Assembly (NCBI GenBank): GCA_051294905.1
Contig: CM119379.1
Location: 27,652,001 to 27,716,000, forward strand
Direction: 5' to 3'
Source of the DNA: Botryllus schlosseri
Lineage: Eukaryota
Length of the DNA stretch: 64,000 nt
Both the position numbers and the translations under genes were made by a program. Positions 13,005 through 24,915 of the stretch are shown one piece after another. The notes beneath the pieces were generated by a model, which saw only the letters and a program-made list of their open reading frames with translations, was not told the DNA's origin and ran no database searches. The first letter of the stretch is position 1. Each line of letters starts with the position of its first letter.

Positions 13005-13879
13005 GTTAGTTGCAGATCTTTCCAGTTTGATACATCATTTTCAATGCTGAATCCCTTTTACCTTGGCTCATATTTTACAAATATATTTTTAAAGAAATGA
13101 CAGACATCATCAATCAAGTTATCAAGTGCTGAAGACTATTTGAAACTCACAAAAGTTCATTTTAATCTTAAGTCTGAATATTACTGTCATTCTCATAACC
13201 TATATCTGATATCAAAGAAAATAATGCAAGCTCTACATCAAATTACCGATAATTTGATATTTTTCGACCACATCTAATTCATTGCACTTTGCGACAATGC
13301 TGTGGGTTGATTGCCACTTTACAGATATGTCTTTTCACATTTCTACTAACGTGCAGCCAATAGAGTTTTCAAGACTTCCTGGTGCGTGAAAATTATCGAA
13401 ACTGTAATTATCGTTGATAATATAACTCTTGATTGATAGATACATATAATTTCAGTACTCGGAAAATCGCCTCTCACTACTCAACTCGAATCAGAACAGT
13501 TGGTGCAGTTACAACCCTATCAATCGGACTCGAAGTCTGCCTTTCCTAATGTGCGACATCCAACATGCAACATTTATGTTGGCTTCTTGCCCGTATGCGA
13601 CGCGGTTTCTTGTCAATATACAACACCCTTGTATATATCGAGAGCCATTTCTTGCCTATATACAACGCAAAATCTTGACTGCGTCTGTATGCAATATTTC
13701 GTTGAGTCACCCTATCGATATAAACATCGATAAATGAAGCGTCTGCGGTTGTCCGGGCAGCATCTGCACGCTTGATTAATCATATTCGATTTTTAGCAAG
13801 ATTGGGCACTGGGACACGGAGAGATCAGTTCTATTTACGTCGGCATCTGGATTTTTGCTGCTGAGTTTTGAGTGATAAT

Positions 13880-14025
13880 GTTTGTTGAGTGATAATGTTT
13901 CCCTCTCAAGAACACCAAACGATTGCGACCAGCGGAGCCGCAGACCATTTTTACGTTCCAGTTTTTGATCTGACCCGGTCGGGGGTTTGAACCTACCGAT
14001 CAAGAAGCCGAACGCTCTACCATGG
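13880..14025 (-). mobile_element. tRNA-derived SINE head (A-box/B-box)
   Basis: The minus strand reads TGGTAGAGCGTTCGGCTTC...GGTTCAAACCCCCGACCGGGTCAGATCAAAAAC...AAAAATGG. Pol III A- and B-boxes are present, but there is no complete cloverleaf or acceptor stem. Confidence 0.55.
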
Positions 14026-14442
14026 GTACGATGTCCCTATAGATAAATATAATACGTATATTAGTTATCTATAGTACATTTGGGTACGGTATTGGCGCTC
14101 AGCGAAGACTGACAAATTGGGTTGATGCCAATACCAAGCTTCACACTCAAATATATCTGGCTGAACGCCGTCCATTCAGCGCCAGTAATGTCGATAGGGT
14201 AGGTAATATCGACGGGTGCCTATCTAATATTCATTCCCTGCTTTGACAACGCCGAGAAAGTGCAACAGCGAGGAAGTGCGGGCCAGAAATTCTGCAATTC
14301 TCAGTGTTTAGGGTGATTACGCCTGATGCTTCACCCGATCACAAACATCCCCGCTGCAGTCGACTCGTGAAGCTTGATATTATACTTCCTGTTATTACTT
14401 GGTGACTCGACTTACTTCGTTTCTTTACTCACTGTTATATCA

Positions 14443-17400
14443 ATGGCGCAAGCGAACGATACAAAGGTATTTCGCTATCATTATGCAATATCTTAAAATG
14501 ACTGATCTAGGGAGGTATTGCTACACAGACAAAGCTAATAACAATAACAAATTCTGAAAATACTACAGAATTATGGCCGGCTATGCATATAATTCCTTAT
14601 TTATATTGCATTCATCGAATTAGATATGCCGTCATGGATATAATCAATGCGAGATATCGATCGTTCATTGCACACTGCAATTGTCCGAATCCGAAACATT
14701 GCCAGTTTTCATTGAATCATTATATTGATATTGAAATGAACACTAATATTTTCGGCGGCCCTGTGGATATAAAGCTGTGTCACCCTGTGGATATAAAGCT
14801 GTATCAGCTGTATCACAGCTCAATCAGCTGTATCACTCAACCTGTATGGAATTGATGTCTTGTGTTCAAAAAATTCTTGAATTTTTTATTAATATTTTTT
14901 TATTTACTTTAACTTCGAGAATCATCGCTGCTCCCATGTTATATAAGACAAACCGTACCGAGATTCACCCAGGAATCACTCTGCAATAAGTATCACGTCT
15001 ATAATATGTCTGGGATGCGCGAAATAGTCTAGTAGGCTATCACTCAAGTATCAACCATCTCACTCAGGTATGAACTGTATCACTCAATTATCAGCTTTAT
15101 CATCCAGGTTTCTCTCTGCATAAAAAGTATTACGCCAAGACTACGTCTGGGATGCAAAATAGTCAGGTATCGGAACACGAGGGTATCGTCCCCTACAGTG
15201 ATTATGCAAACACGCAATGTCAGACGTAAACTAGATCATTATCATCATCGGTTTATTAGCATTATCAGGACGCATTATAGCCAGGGCAGTAACAGCACTT
15301 CGTCAGCCCCCCCAAAAAAAACGTTGGTCTTGGGCCCCCTATAGGGTGATAAACCGACCCCCCCTCAGGCTATACGCTGTTTATCGCTACATATCATCTA
15401 CCTTGGGTGTCCATTTAGTGAGTCAGCTCTTCTCGCCTAAACGCGCAAAGCAAGAGAAATTTCTATATTTCATGATTGAGTCGGTCAATATATGATCGGG
15501 AATTGCATATAGATTGCTATCAATTTTTTTCCTCTCTCTGCTCACGTAATCTGACCCCTCGAATAATAATTAATTACACATCGCCTGGTGTATACCCGTT
15601 GGCAGGAACGAAACAGCACTTCGTCAGGCTCCGCAAAAAACCTTGAGTCTTGGGCTCCAATAGGGTGATAAACCGTCCCCCATCACGTTGTTCGCTTTTG
15701 CCATGAAATTATTGTTGTACTGTTTAGTGAGCCAGTGTGAAGCGCGAAAATTTTCGATAATTCATGATACAGCTGATATATGAGTGGTGGTACAGCTGCG
15801 ATATAACTGATACAGCTGATACAGCTTTATATCCACAGGGTGATACAGCTGATACAGCTTTATATCCACAGAGTGATACAGCTTTATATCCGCAGGGTGA
15901 TACTGCTGATACAGCTGATACAGCTTTATATCCACAGGGCCAATATTTTCGGCTGGTAATCAGCTGTAATAATTGTCAGCAACTAGTAGAGAATTCGAAT
16001 ATTTTGTGGTTGAGGGTGATCTTTTTTAATATAGTCACCATCTACAGAGTAGAATAACGGGATAGTAATTTATAAATTCCCATAATTGCAGAACTTCCAG
16101 ACGCTGGGAAATGACTTCCACAAAAAAGGAGACTACCAGAACGCTATAGAACAATACACACTGGTTTGTTTTGCTTTCTCTGCTTGTTTGTTTTGTGTTA
16201 GTCTGCAACATCATCATTTCAGGGCATATCTGCCGATCCTTCAAACCATGTGCTTTTCAGTAACCGGTCGGCTTCAAACGCAAAACTCAAACAATATGAG
16301 GAAGCTCTGAATGACGCCAACCAAGCAATCGAACTGAAGCCGGATTTTGCCAAGGTGCAATTCTACGGTAGATCTTTGTACACCATTGGACAATGAACAT
16401 TTTCAACTTTTCAAAATGAGATAAGTAGAATGATAGCCTACCTACCTAGACATTTTTTTCCAAATTTGACTACAATTAGAATGTTTCACAGTTTTTTTCC
16501 AAATTACATTAGAATTATGAATTTCTCAAACAATGGAAAATCAATGAGGTGGTCAGTAATTACGTACTTCCGCTGTTTTGAAGTACTTCAAGTAGATTCT
16601 GCCTACTTTTACAAGTGGTTATGATTTTAGATTACTTCTACTTCTACTTGACAGTGTTCAGTTTTTTTGGGCAAAAATAGGCCTAGAATGACTTTTTACT
16701 TAGGCTACTTGAATATCGCTACTTTTACTTCTACTTGACTATCGATGATGACTGCTTTGGCCACCTCTGTGAATTAAAAAGAAATCCACCAAAAATCAAG
16801 TTCACATCAAATCAGACTTGATTCTTGTCAGCACAAGAATGGCAAATGTCTGTACACCGAGCATGGCTTGTTTCGAACGATGCAGTTCTCCTGTAGCATT
16901 TTCACGAAAACCAGAATTAGACTAGAATGAAAATGAGAGAATAAAAACATTCCACATATTGGATTAGAATTAGATAACCACCATTTCACTCTAATTAGAA
17001 TAATTTACAACTATGTATTCTGGTGTTATATGTTTTTATTTTGTTAAGGGCTATTCCAGAAAAGGGTCGGCCCTACAATTTCTGGGAAGAACGCTGGAAG
17101 CAAAATACGCATTCGAGAAAGGCCTGGAGCTGGATCCTGAAAACGAAATCATGCAGAAGGGTCTGAAAGAATGCGAGGCTGAGATTGATGGTGCGGGCAT
17201 TTCGTAGCTGCAGAATCGGAGTAGCCTATGTGCACTTTGAGCATTTCGAGAATGCCAAGTGTTTGTAAAGTTTGCATTTTCATTCTGTCATATCTTGGCC
17301 GCAGTTGTGTTTTGGACATTTTGATATGGCCAGTGGCTGAATAACTACAGTTTTTTGAATAGTTCTAGTTGCAAATTTGCAAAAGTGGGTAATACTAGTT

Positions 17401-20257
17401 ATAATTGCAAAAGTAGGTAGTTCTAGTTCTAGTTGCGAGTTTTGCAAAGTGGGTAGTACTAGATGTGGCTTTTTAATAATGATTCCTTCTAGTTGCGAGT
17501 TCTGAAAAGTGATTAATTCTAGTTGCAGATTTCAAAAAGCGGGTAGTTCTAGTTGTGAGTTTTGAATAGTGAGTAGTTTTTGTCGTGCTTTTTGTAAAAT
17601 GAGCAGTTCTAGTTGAGCACTTTGAAAATCCAATAGTTTGTACAAGTCTCGTCGGAGGAAAACGAAAATTTGACAAAAGCTTGATTTTCTAAAAATATGA
17701 AAAATGGACATCACGCACTTTGATTGCACAGACTGCTTCTTTCGGTGACTTTCAAACGTTAAACTTGAAAAATTTTCATTAGGCCCGCCGTCCATCGATC
17801 CGATCGCAAACCCATTTGCCAACGTGGAAACCATCCTACCCAGATTACGAGAGGACGAGAAAACGAGCAAATTCGTGGAAGACGAATCTTTCATGGAAAT
17901 GCTGAAGGATCTTGGACAGAATCCACTCCACATGCAAAAGTTAGTCTTTATATCATCAACCAATCTCACTGAATCAATTGTTATTCTTTAGAAGAGGTGG
18001 TCAGTATGAATTACTTTTACTTCTGCTTCAAGTAGATTTTCCCTACTTCCACTAAATACACTATTATTTTCTCAGGTGGTTATGTTTAAGACTATTTCCA
18101 CTTAACAGTGTTTTAGGCCAAACTAGGCCTAGAATACTTACTTGTTGACTTAGAATTCGCAACGTTTTCTTGTATGTTGAAGTAGAAATTTATAATGTTA
18201 CTTCTACTTGACAACCAACGATGACTACTTTGCCCTCCTCTGTTGTTGAGATATCTGAAAGACGACAGGCTGCGTCTGACGCTCAGTGCCTTGCTCGGGT
18301 TTGAGCTCGAGCATCCGGATAAGATGAATTTTAACGAGCCTCCGTTCGTGGACTACGACGACGATGACTCGAAGAGTACGGAAGTTAAGAACAAGCTTCA
18401 GGCCACTCGTGAAGCAAAGAAAAGGGTACCTTACAATACAATGTGTAGACTCTTGCGAACTACTGCTGGATTTTTAACTAGAACTTGAGCTACTTACTTT
18501 TCAAAATCCTCAACAACAAACGACTTTTAAATATCCACAACCAACGAACTGAAATTTAACGAACTAACAACTGATAATATGAATTACTGAATTGCAAATG
18601 AGCTTAGAAATGTTGAAGACAGAATCGTTATTTTAAAAGGACGGGCTTTCGAGTTTGAAATAGGATCATCTCAGCAGTGATGACTCTGATCCAGCAATGG
18701 CTGCAAGAAGATCACACAATGGAACACCGGTATCACAAAATACACTTCAAACTTTTAACAACTTAATTTTTATTTTGTCGGAATGAGATCGTCAATCCAT
18801 ATAAACATAAGTTCCTCAAACACCCACCCCTGGCTGCGCCACTGCTAGTAATCATGACTCTGAGCTAGCATTTTCTGCAAGAAAAAAGCACCGATATCGC
18901 AGTTCGTGCCAAAAGACGACCCTGTTTTGTAGTTGTTTGGCAACGAAATTGTTTTAAAAATGCGCAACTAGAATCACAACCACTCATTTTTCAAAATTCG
19001 CAACTAAAACTAGAACTAGTCACTTTTGAAAATCCTCCACTAGAACTACTCCCTTTTCAAATTGCGCAACTAGAACTAGAACCACTCCCTCTCTAAAATC
19101 CGCAACTAGAAGTAGAACTACTAAAAAAACACGAGCTGGTTGACCCCTCGACCGTCAACGAATTTGATCGGTAGTTTGTGCAATGTGCAAGAATGAAGTT
19201 ATGTTTAAAATGGCTCTTCCGCACCCCAGGCTACTGAGGAAAAGAATGTGGGGCTGGACTACTTTGGAAAACAGAACTACGAAAAAGCCATCGAACATTA
19301 TAACAGAGCGATCGAGCACGATTCCAGTGACATCACGTTGTATTCGGAAAAAGCGACGGCGTACTTGAAGCAAGGACTGAACCAACAAGTGCGCGAGACG
19401 TCGCTCTCTCTTGTGGACGTTTGGAAGAAATCTGGAGGAGAGAGAAAAATAGCCGCGAAGTTAGTTCACTTACAATTTGGTGTAACTCCATGCTTGAAAG
19501 TTCAAATATGTAGGCCTACTTTTTCTTCAACTACAAAGAATATAATGCCAGCTCTACATCACATTAATGATGTTAATGATGATTGTGAGAATGCTGTGGT
19601 TTGATCACAGATATGAGATTTCCACTAACGCGAGTAGCTTTGTACTATTTTTCGTATGCTGTGATACAACCAATCGAGGTTTTAAGGAATTCACAGCGGA
19701 AAACAGTATCAAAACTATAATTCTCATTCATAAATTAACTCATTGTGGCAGTATTCGAAAAATGATCTCTTACTAATCGACTCGAACCATTAAAATGAAT
19801 ACTCTATTCAGATTGGAGTACTCAGATCATTGTGGCCAACCCTAAATATCAACTGGTGCCGGTGGGTAGTGGTATGATCACGACAATCTTCGTATCAACT
19901 GGAATCAGAGTACTTTATTGTTCAAACATGATAAGCTCATATGACCTTCCGATAATTGGATGGATTATACACGTAATACACCAAAATTTTATTCAACAGG
20001 AGGAAAACTGATAATTAAATTTCAGTTAGACTGATATATAGATAAAATATTATACAGAATACGATGATACGAGTCACACAAAAATCTCTCCAACCTTTTC
20101 TTATTTATGAAGAGCTTATCAGAGAATCGGTCAAACATACCTGGAGGAGGAAGATTTCGCGAATGCGGAGGAAAATTTTGAACACGCTTTAAAAGTCTAT
20201 AGTTCTCGGGAGTTGAAGAAGTTGATCGAGGAATGTCGCGCAAAGATGGAGAGTTGA
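14443..20257 (+). CDS. STIP1-like: STIP1/Hop-like TPR co-chaperone, truncated architecture TPR1-DP1(STI1)-TPR2A, 355-358 aa
   Basis: Exons 14443-14466, 16101 (or 16092)-16163, 16223-16354, 17049-17190, 17783-17939, 18251-18425, 19230-19459 and 20113-20257 sum to 1068 nt in frame. MAQANDTKTLGN aligns to human MEQVNELKEKGN. Also DPSNHVLFSNRSA, KPDFAKGYSRKGSALQFL, a DP1-like NPFAN...DDRLRLTLSALLGFEL, and TPR2A ...KAYQRIG...KLIEECRAKMES*. Confidence 0.85.
14757..15941. mobile_element. Foldback-type element with minisatellite TIRs and a 12-bp flanking duplication, in intron 1 of the STIP1-like gene
   Basis: Ends GGCCCTGTGGATATAAAGCTGT / ACAGCTTTATATCCACAGGGCC, with arms built from 24-bp and 9-bp repeats. 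Direct repeat AATATTTTCGGC at 14745-14756 and 15942-15953, inside a family F repeat. Confidence 0.85.
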
Positions 20258-20572
20258 GACTTGGAAGACTCTCTGTATTGAAAGATGTGTGATCATTTTG
20301 TGACTGTGTTTTCTAATAGCTGTGTATACTTAGTGCTTTTCTTTCAATTATTGTTTTACAATGGATTCATGATCTGCAGTTCCAATTGATCTGTTTACCT
20401 GATATATTTATATATGCATAAAATAGTGAAATATCATTTCTAAACAATTTGAACTGCTTCGTGTTGAGTTGTATGCATCCTGCTGACATTCACACAAACG
20501 CCAGTTTGCGGGTCTCATTTTGTACTGACTTGGCTTCAACGGACTAAAATAAGATAACTAAACACTGTAGAC

Positions 20573-22400
20573 CAGTGGTTCTTAACCTTGCCTCCAGCGC
20601 CCCCCAAGGGGCGCTGGCGAATTTGAAGGGGGCGGAAACGCTCAGGGGGCGAAATGGGGGGCGCTGGAGAAAAATGGCTTCGCAGTAGATGATGTGGTGG
20701 TAGGACATATCCTTAATGAGTATTCAGAGCACATTAACACCGAAAACTTCGTTATAGCCTACAAATGACATATAGGTTTAATTGTCTATGGGCGCCTAAA
20801 TGACTGACACCGAGTGTTCCTGTCTTGGCATTCTGAACCCCAGAAGAGGAATTCCATCTGGCGGGGGAAAATTATATGCCAGTGAAGAAATACCAATTTG
20901 AAATCGTGTGCGTCTTTTAGTTTAGTACGATTGGGCGACAGGGATATCTAAAACTAGATATTCCTGTTGGGCGATTCTATATTTTTTGATATAGCAGACA
21001 GGAGGTCACAAAATAACATCATGCAACGAAGTCATACCAACGGTTTCGCCCGCCCGAATATGTTTCATTATCAGTTACGGGCCCTACAGTTTCCAAGACA
21101 CCTCAAAATGTTCGCTCTACGTTTTGATGAGTCTGCGCACACTCAACAACTCACTGCGCAGACCCTTGGACAACAGTGCGTAGTGACTTAAAAAAGGTCA
21201 TAACTTCGGATTCGTTGTGCGCAACGTAGATTTTCTGTGCGCAGAGACCGTGTCAGCAATGCGCACGTGCGCAGCTTAGAGGGAACATTGCACCTCACTC
21301 AGCTCTACCGGTAAATCTGGTAACGTGAGCAGAGAGGACAAGGAATTGATAGCAATATGTATGCAATTCCCGATCTTACTGACCGATTCTATCATGAATT
21401 ATCGAAAGTTTTCGCGCTTCGCACTGGCTCGCTAAACAGTAAGCTACAGCTGATTTCGTGGCAAAAGCGAACAACGTGATGGGGGGCGGTCGGTTTATCA
21501 CTCTATGGGAGCCCAAGACCCAAGTTTTTTCGGCGGGCCTGACGAAGTGCCGTTTCGTTCCTGCCAAGGGGTATACGCCCGAAGATGTATAAATATTATA
21601 GAGGGGTCCTACCTTTTCAATCACACATCACTCAGATATACCGGTAAATCCGTTTACGTTTAGAGAGCATAAAAATTGATATCAATATACGTGCAATTCC
21701 CGATCATATTGACCAATTCAATCAATAATTATTGAAACTTTTCGCGCCTCGCGCGTCTGTAGATGAGAATAGCTGGCTCAGTAAATGGACAGTGAACACC
21801 CAATGTAGATGACTATATCAGCAAATAGCGGATAGCCGAAGGGGGGTCTGGGGGCGGAGCCCCCGGAAATTTGGTTTATCACCCGATGGGGGCCCAAGAC
21901 CAACGTTTTTTGGGGGGGCTGACAAAGTGCTGTTACGTCCCTGGTAACGAATTAATTGTACCTACGGGCACGCCCGAATATGTTTAATTATTAATTACGT
22001 TCCCTTTATTGTCCCATACAACATCTTACTCAGCGCTACTGGTAAATCTGATTTCGTGGGCTGAGAGGATAAAAAGTTTATAGCGGTTTATATATATATG
22101 TAACTACCACCTATTCATTCATGCATTATAGAAAGCTTGGTACCTAGGGCGACCAGGCCACACAAACTTTGCTGACCATCAAAATCACGCTACGGGGTTC
22201 TTGAGGGCGAAGCCCTCTGAAGTTTGGTTTATCACGCTATGGGTGCGCAAGGCAATCGTTTTTATGGGGTTGTCGAAGTGCTGTTACGGCCCTCTTACTC
22301 ATTGTCTTTATTACATTCCTTACAATATGAGGTTGGGGGGCGCTGGAGCACGATCATTTTTGAAAGGGGGCGCTGGAGGAAAAAAGGTTAAGAACCACTG
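20573..22400 (+). mobile_element. Non-autonomous hAT (Buster/Charlie-type) element carrying a tandem array of the G module
   Basis: TIR CAGTGGTTCTTAACC, TSD CTGTAGAC (20565-20572 and 22401-22408). Internal units start at about 21298, 21631 and 22029. A small nested MITE lies at about 21106-21290. Confidence 0.9.
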
Positions 22401-22961
22401 CTGTAGACAAAGTGTACCACTCACGGCGACATTGCCGAAGGATAATGATCTGGTTTTGTAGTTTCTTAATCACGTCGTTGTTCAACATTACGCTTGCCTT
22501 TCAGAAGTGGGAGACCAGTTGCGGTCTCTTCATCTGGCATCCACCTCGCGGCCTAGATGCCACAGTCTTTGAAGTTAGTCTTTATTAGGCGGTCCTTTTA
22601 GTCGCTCTTGTGATTCATTCTTCACCAGGTCTTTTTTCTAGGCTTTTTTCTCGACGTATAAGAACGGCAATACGGGGGACGAGGAGCCCAGAATAACCTC
22701 CGCCGACGCTCACCACCCGTTTCGACCTCATCCTATCTGTTCGTACTGTGTCGAGTCATTGATTCATTCGTTCGACTCGTCTCAAAATCAGGTACCCACC
22801 CTGATTTGCAACGTGTTTAAGCATAAGAGGCATGCTGAATGGAGAGTAACAGGAGAGAGAGAGAGAGAGCATAAACAAGGACAGCCGATGAAAGTTCAAG
22901 TTATTCATCATTTCAAAACATCACAAGACAGCGATACAATGAAAGATCGGAAGGAAGGTGC

Positions 22962-24272
22962 CAGTGGTTCCCATCGTGGGCGATATCGCCCCCCAGGGAG
23001 CGATTTGTCAGTCCAGGGGGGCGAAAATAGCCAAGGGGGCGATGGTGCGTCGAAATGGCTATATTGGCGTTCATGACCGTAACTGCCACACCCATACCCC
23101 CAATTGGGATGGGGGGCCGAGCTCGAAGGGGGCTCATAATTTTTTCGTGAATTAGCATTAATTATAGAGTAATATTTTGGAAATTTTGGCAAATTTTTCA
23201 AAAAAATTTCGCGCTGCGTGCGATTTCATGGTCGCTTGTTTCTTGCTTATTGGATACCCTTACTTCAAGAAATAATACGCATGAGTTATAGAAATGGGCA
23301 TCTCGGCGTCAGCCATTATCACACAATGACGCACCCAGACATATGAAGTTTCAGGCCATGTAGCATGCGGCTCCGAGATGAGTGCCAGAATGAGAAAACC
23401 TTGGCGGAAAAGGACTGCCTTTAGGCTGACCGACTACGATATATATACGATATACATATATATTTAATTGCCCATAGGCGCCTAAATGGCTGGCGCCAAA
23501 TGTTCCTGTCCTGGCAATCAGAATCCCACAAAAAATGCCATCTCGCAGAGGAAAATTAATTGCCAGTGCAGAAATACCAATTTTAAATCGTGTGCATCTT
23601 TTAGTTTAGTACGTATGGGCGATTTGAATAATATCTTTAGACATAGCAGACAGAGGCCACGAAATATCATTACGTAACGAAGTCATTATACCCACGGGTC
23701 CGCCCGAATATGTTCAATTATTGTTTACGGGTCCTATATTTTCCAAGACACCTCACTCAGCTTTACCGGTATATCTGAATACATGAGCAGAGAGAGATAA
23801 AAAATTGAAAGCAATATGCAATTCCCGATCATATTGACCGATCCAATCATGAATGATTGAAATTTTTCGCGAAATAAGCCGACTAACTAAAGAGTCCAAC
23901 AATTTGTGCTAAAAAGTAGTGGTAAAGAGGTATCGGGGGAGTTGGGTCTGAGGGGTGCAGAGGTTTGCTTTATCGCCCTATGGGGGGGGGGAGGGTGAAG
24001 ACCAACGTATTGGGGGGGGGGCTGACGAAGTTCTGTTACGGTCCTTTTGGAATCAAGTCAGAGAAATCACCTTTTTAGTTAGTGAACTCCCCAACATTTA
24101 GCTGGAAAAGTGTAATTTCGAGGTCGAGCCGAAAAGTTGACCTTTTTTCTTAGTCAACTTGCCGGTGATTTCAGTATGTATGCCCATTTTTCGGTTCCCA
24201 AAATTTGGGGGGCGATGATCGGTGTGGAGTTTGAAAAGGGGGCGTTGAGTCGAAAAAGGTTGGGAACCACTG
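22962..24272 (+). mobile_element. hAT-ended element (CAGTGGTTCCCA termini) containing one G module
   Basis: Inverted ends CAGTGGTTCCCA at 22962 and TGGGAACCACTG ending at 24272. The interior 23470-24040 is clearly homologous to 20785-21570. No matching TSD was found. Confidence 0.6.
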
Positions 24273-24915
24273 GCCTAGGCCCTAGGCTAACGTGGGTGTC
24301 TGATATTAAAGGCTACTCCAAGTTGTTGTTTCGACCTTCCTATCTTTTCGTTGTATCGCAGTCTTGTGATGTTTTGAAACGATGAAAATATTAAGGCGAA
24401 GTAAAGAATAGTTAGATAATCCGATGTGCGCGAATAATTATATCGAGACGGCCGAATCGTTGGACGAGGCCGTTCACAATTCCATTTGTGTGCCTTGGAG
24501 TCGACTTTTATCAACATACACCAACCAAAACTATGTCAACAAAAGGATTTCGTGTACCACCTAAAATGCATGAACGCTCTCTCAACCCTCATTCACGAAA
24601 TTTCATGCTGGTGACGTCATATTTTGTGATACGATTGTTGATATACAGTGTTCTTTCCAATTCTCTACTAGTTGCTGACGGTTACCCCAGACGAGTGTCA
24701 GCCGAAAATATTCGAGTTCATTTCAATATCAATATACTGTTCGATTGTATATTGAAGATCTGTACCTCCAAGGAATCGGACACCCACCTTGGCCTAGGCG
24801 ATGTAAAGAGGAGGCATGCACACTGAATGAAAGTAAAGAAGATAGTATAGAAAAGGCAGCGACAAGAAATAGGCCAGCATGTCACGGGAAGCGAGATCGA
24901 TAGGTCAGTCGTGGT

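Noticed and set aside
13955-14030. Possible tRNA gene on the minus strand
   Set aside because: A- and B-boxes are present, but there is no proper acceptor or anticodon stem, and it continues into SINE-like body sequence.
15764-16057. ORF with repeated DTADTALYPQG; superficially a repeat protein or CRISPR-like array
   Set aside because: It is the minisatellite arm of the foldback element. Repeats are contiguous with no unique spacers, there are no cas genes, and the DNA is eukaryotic.
17340-17650. Regularly spaced CTAGAACTAGAA/AGTTCTAGTTG repeats suggesting an array
   Set aside because: They are subterminal repeats of family B MITEs and recur in a dozen dispersed copies.
17940-18250. Introner-type intron creation, since a MITE fills most of this intron
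   Set aside because: About 50 nt of unique sequence and the donor lie outside the MITE and its ends do not coincide with splice sites, so it is an insertion into a pre-existing intron.
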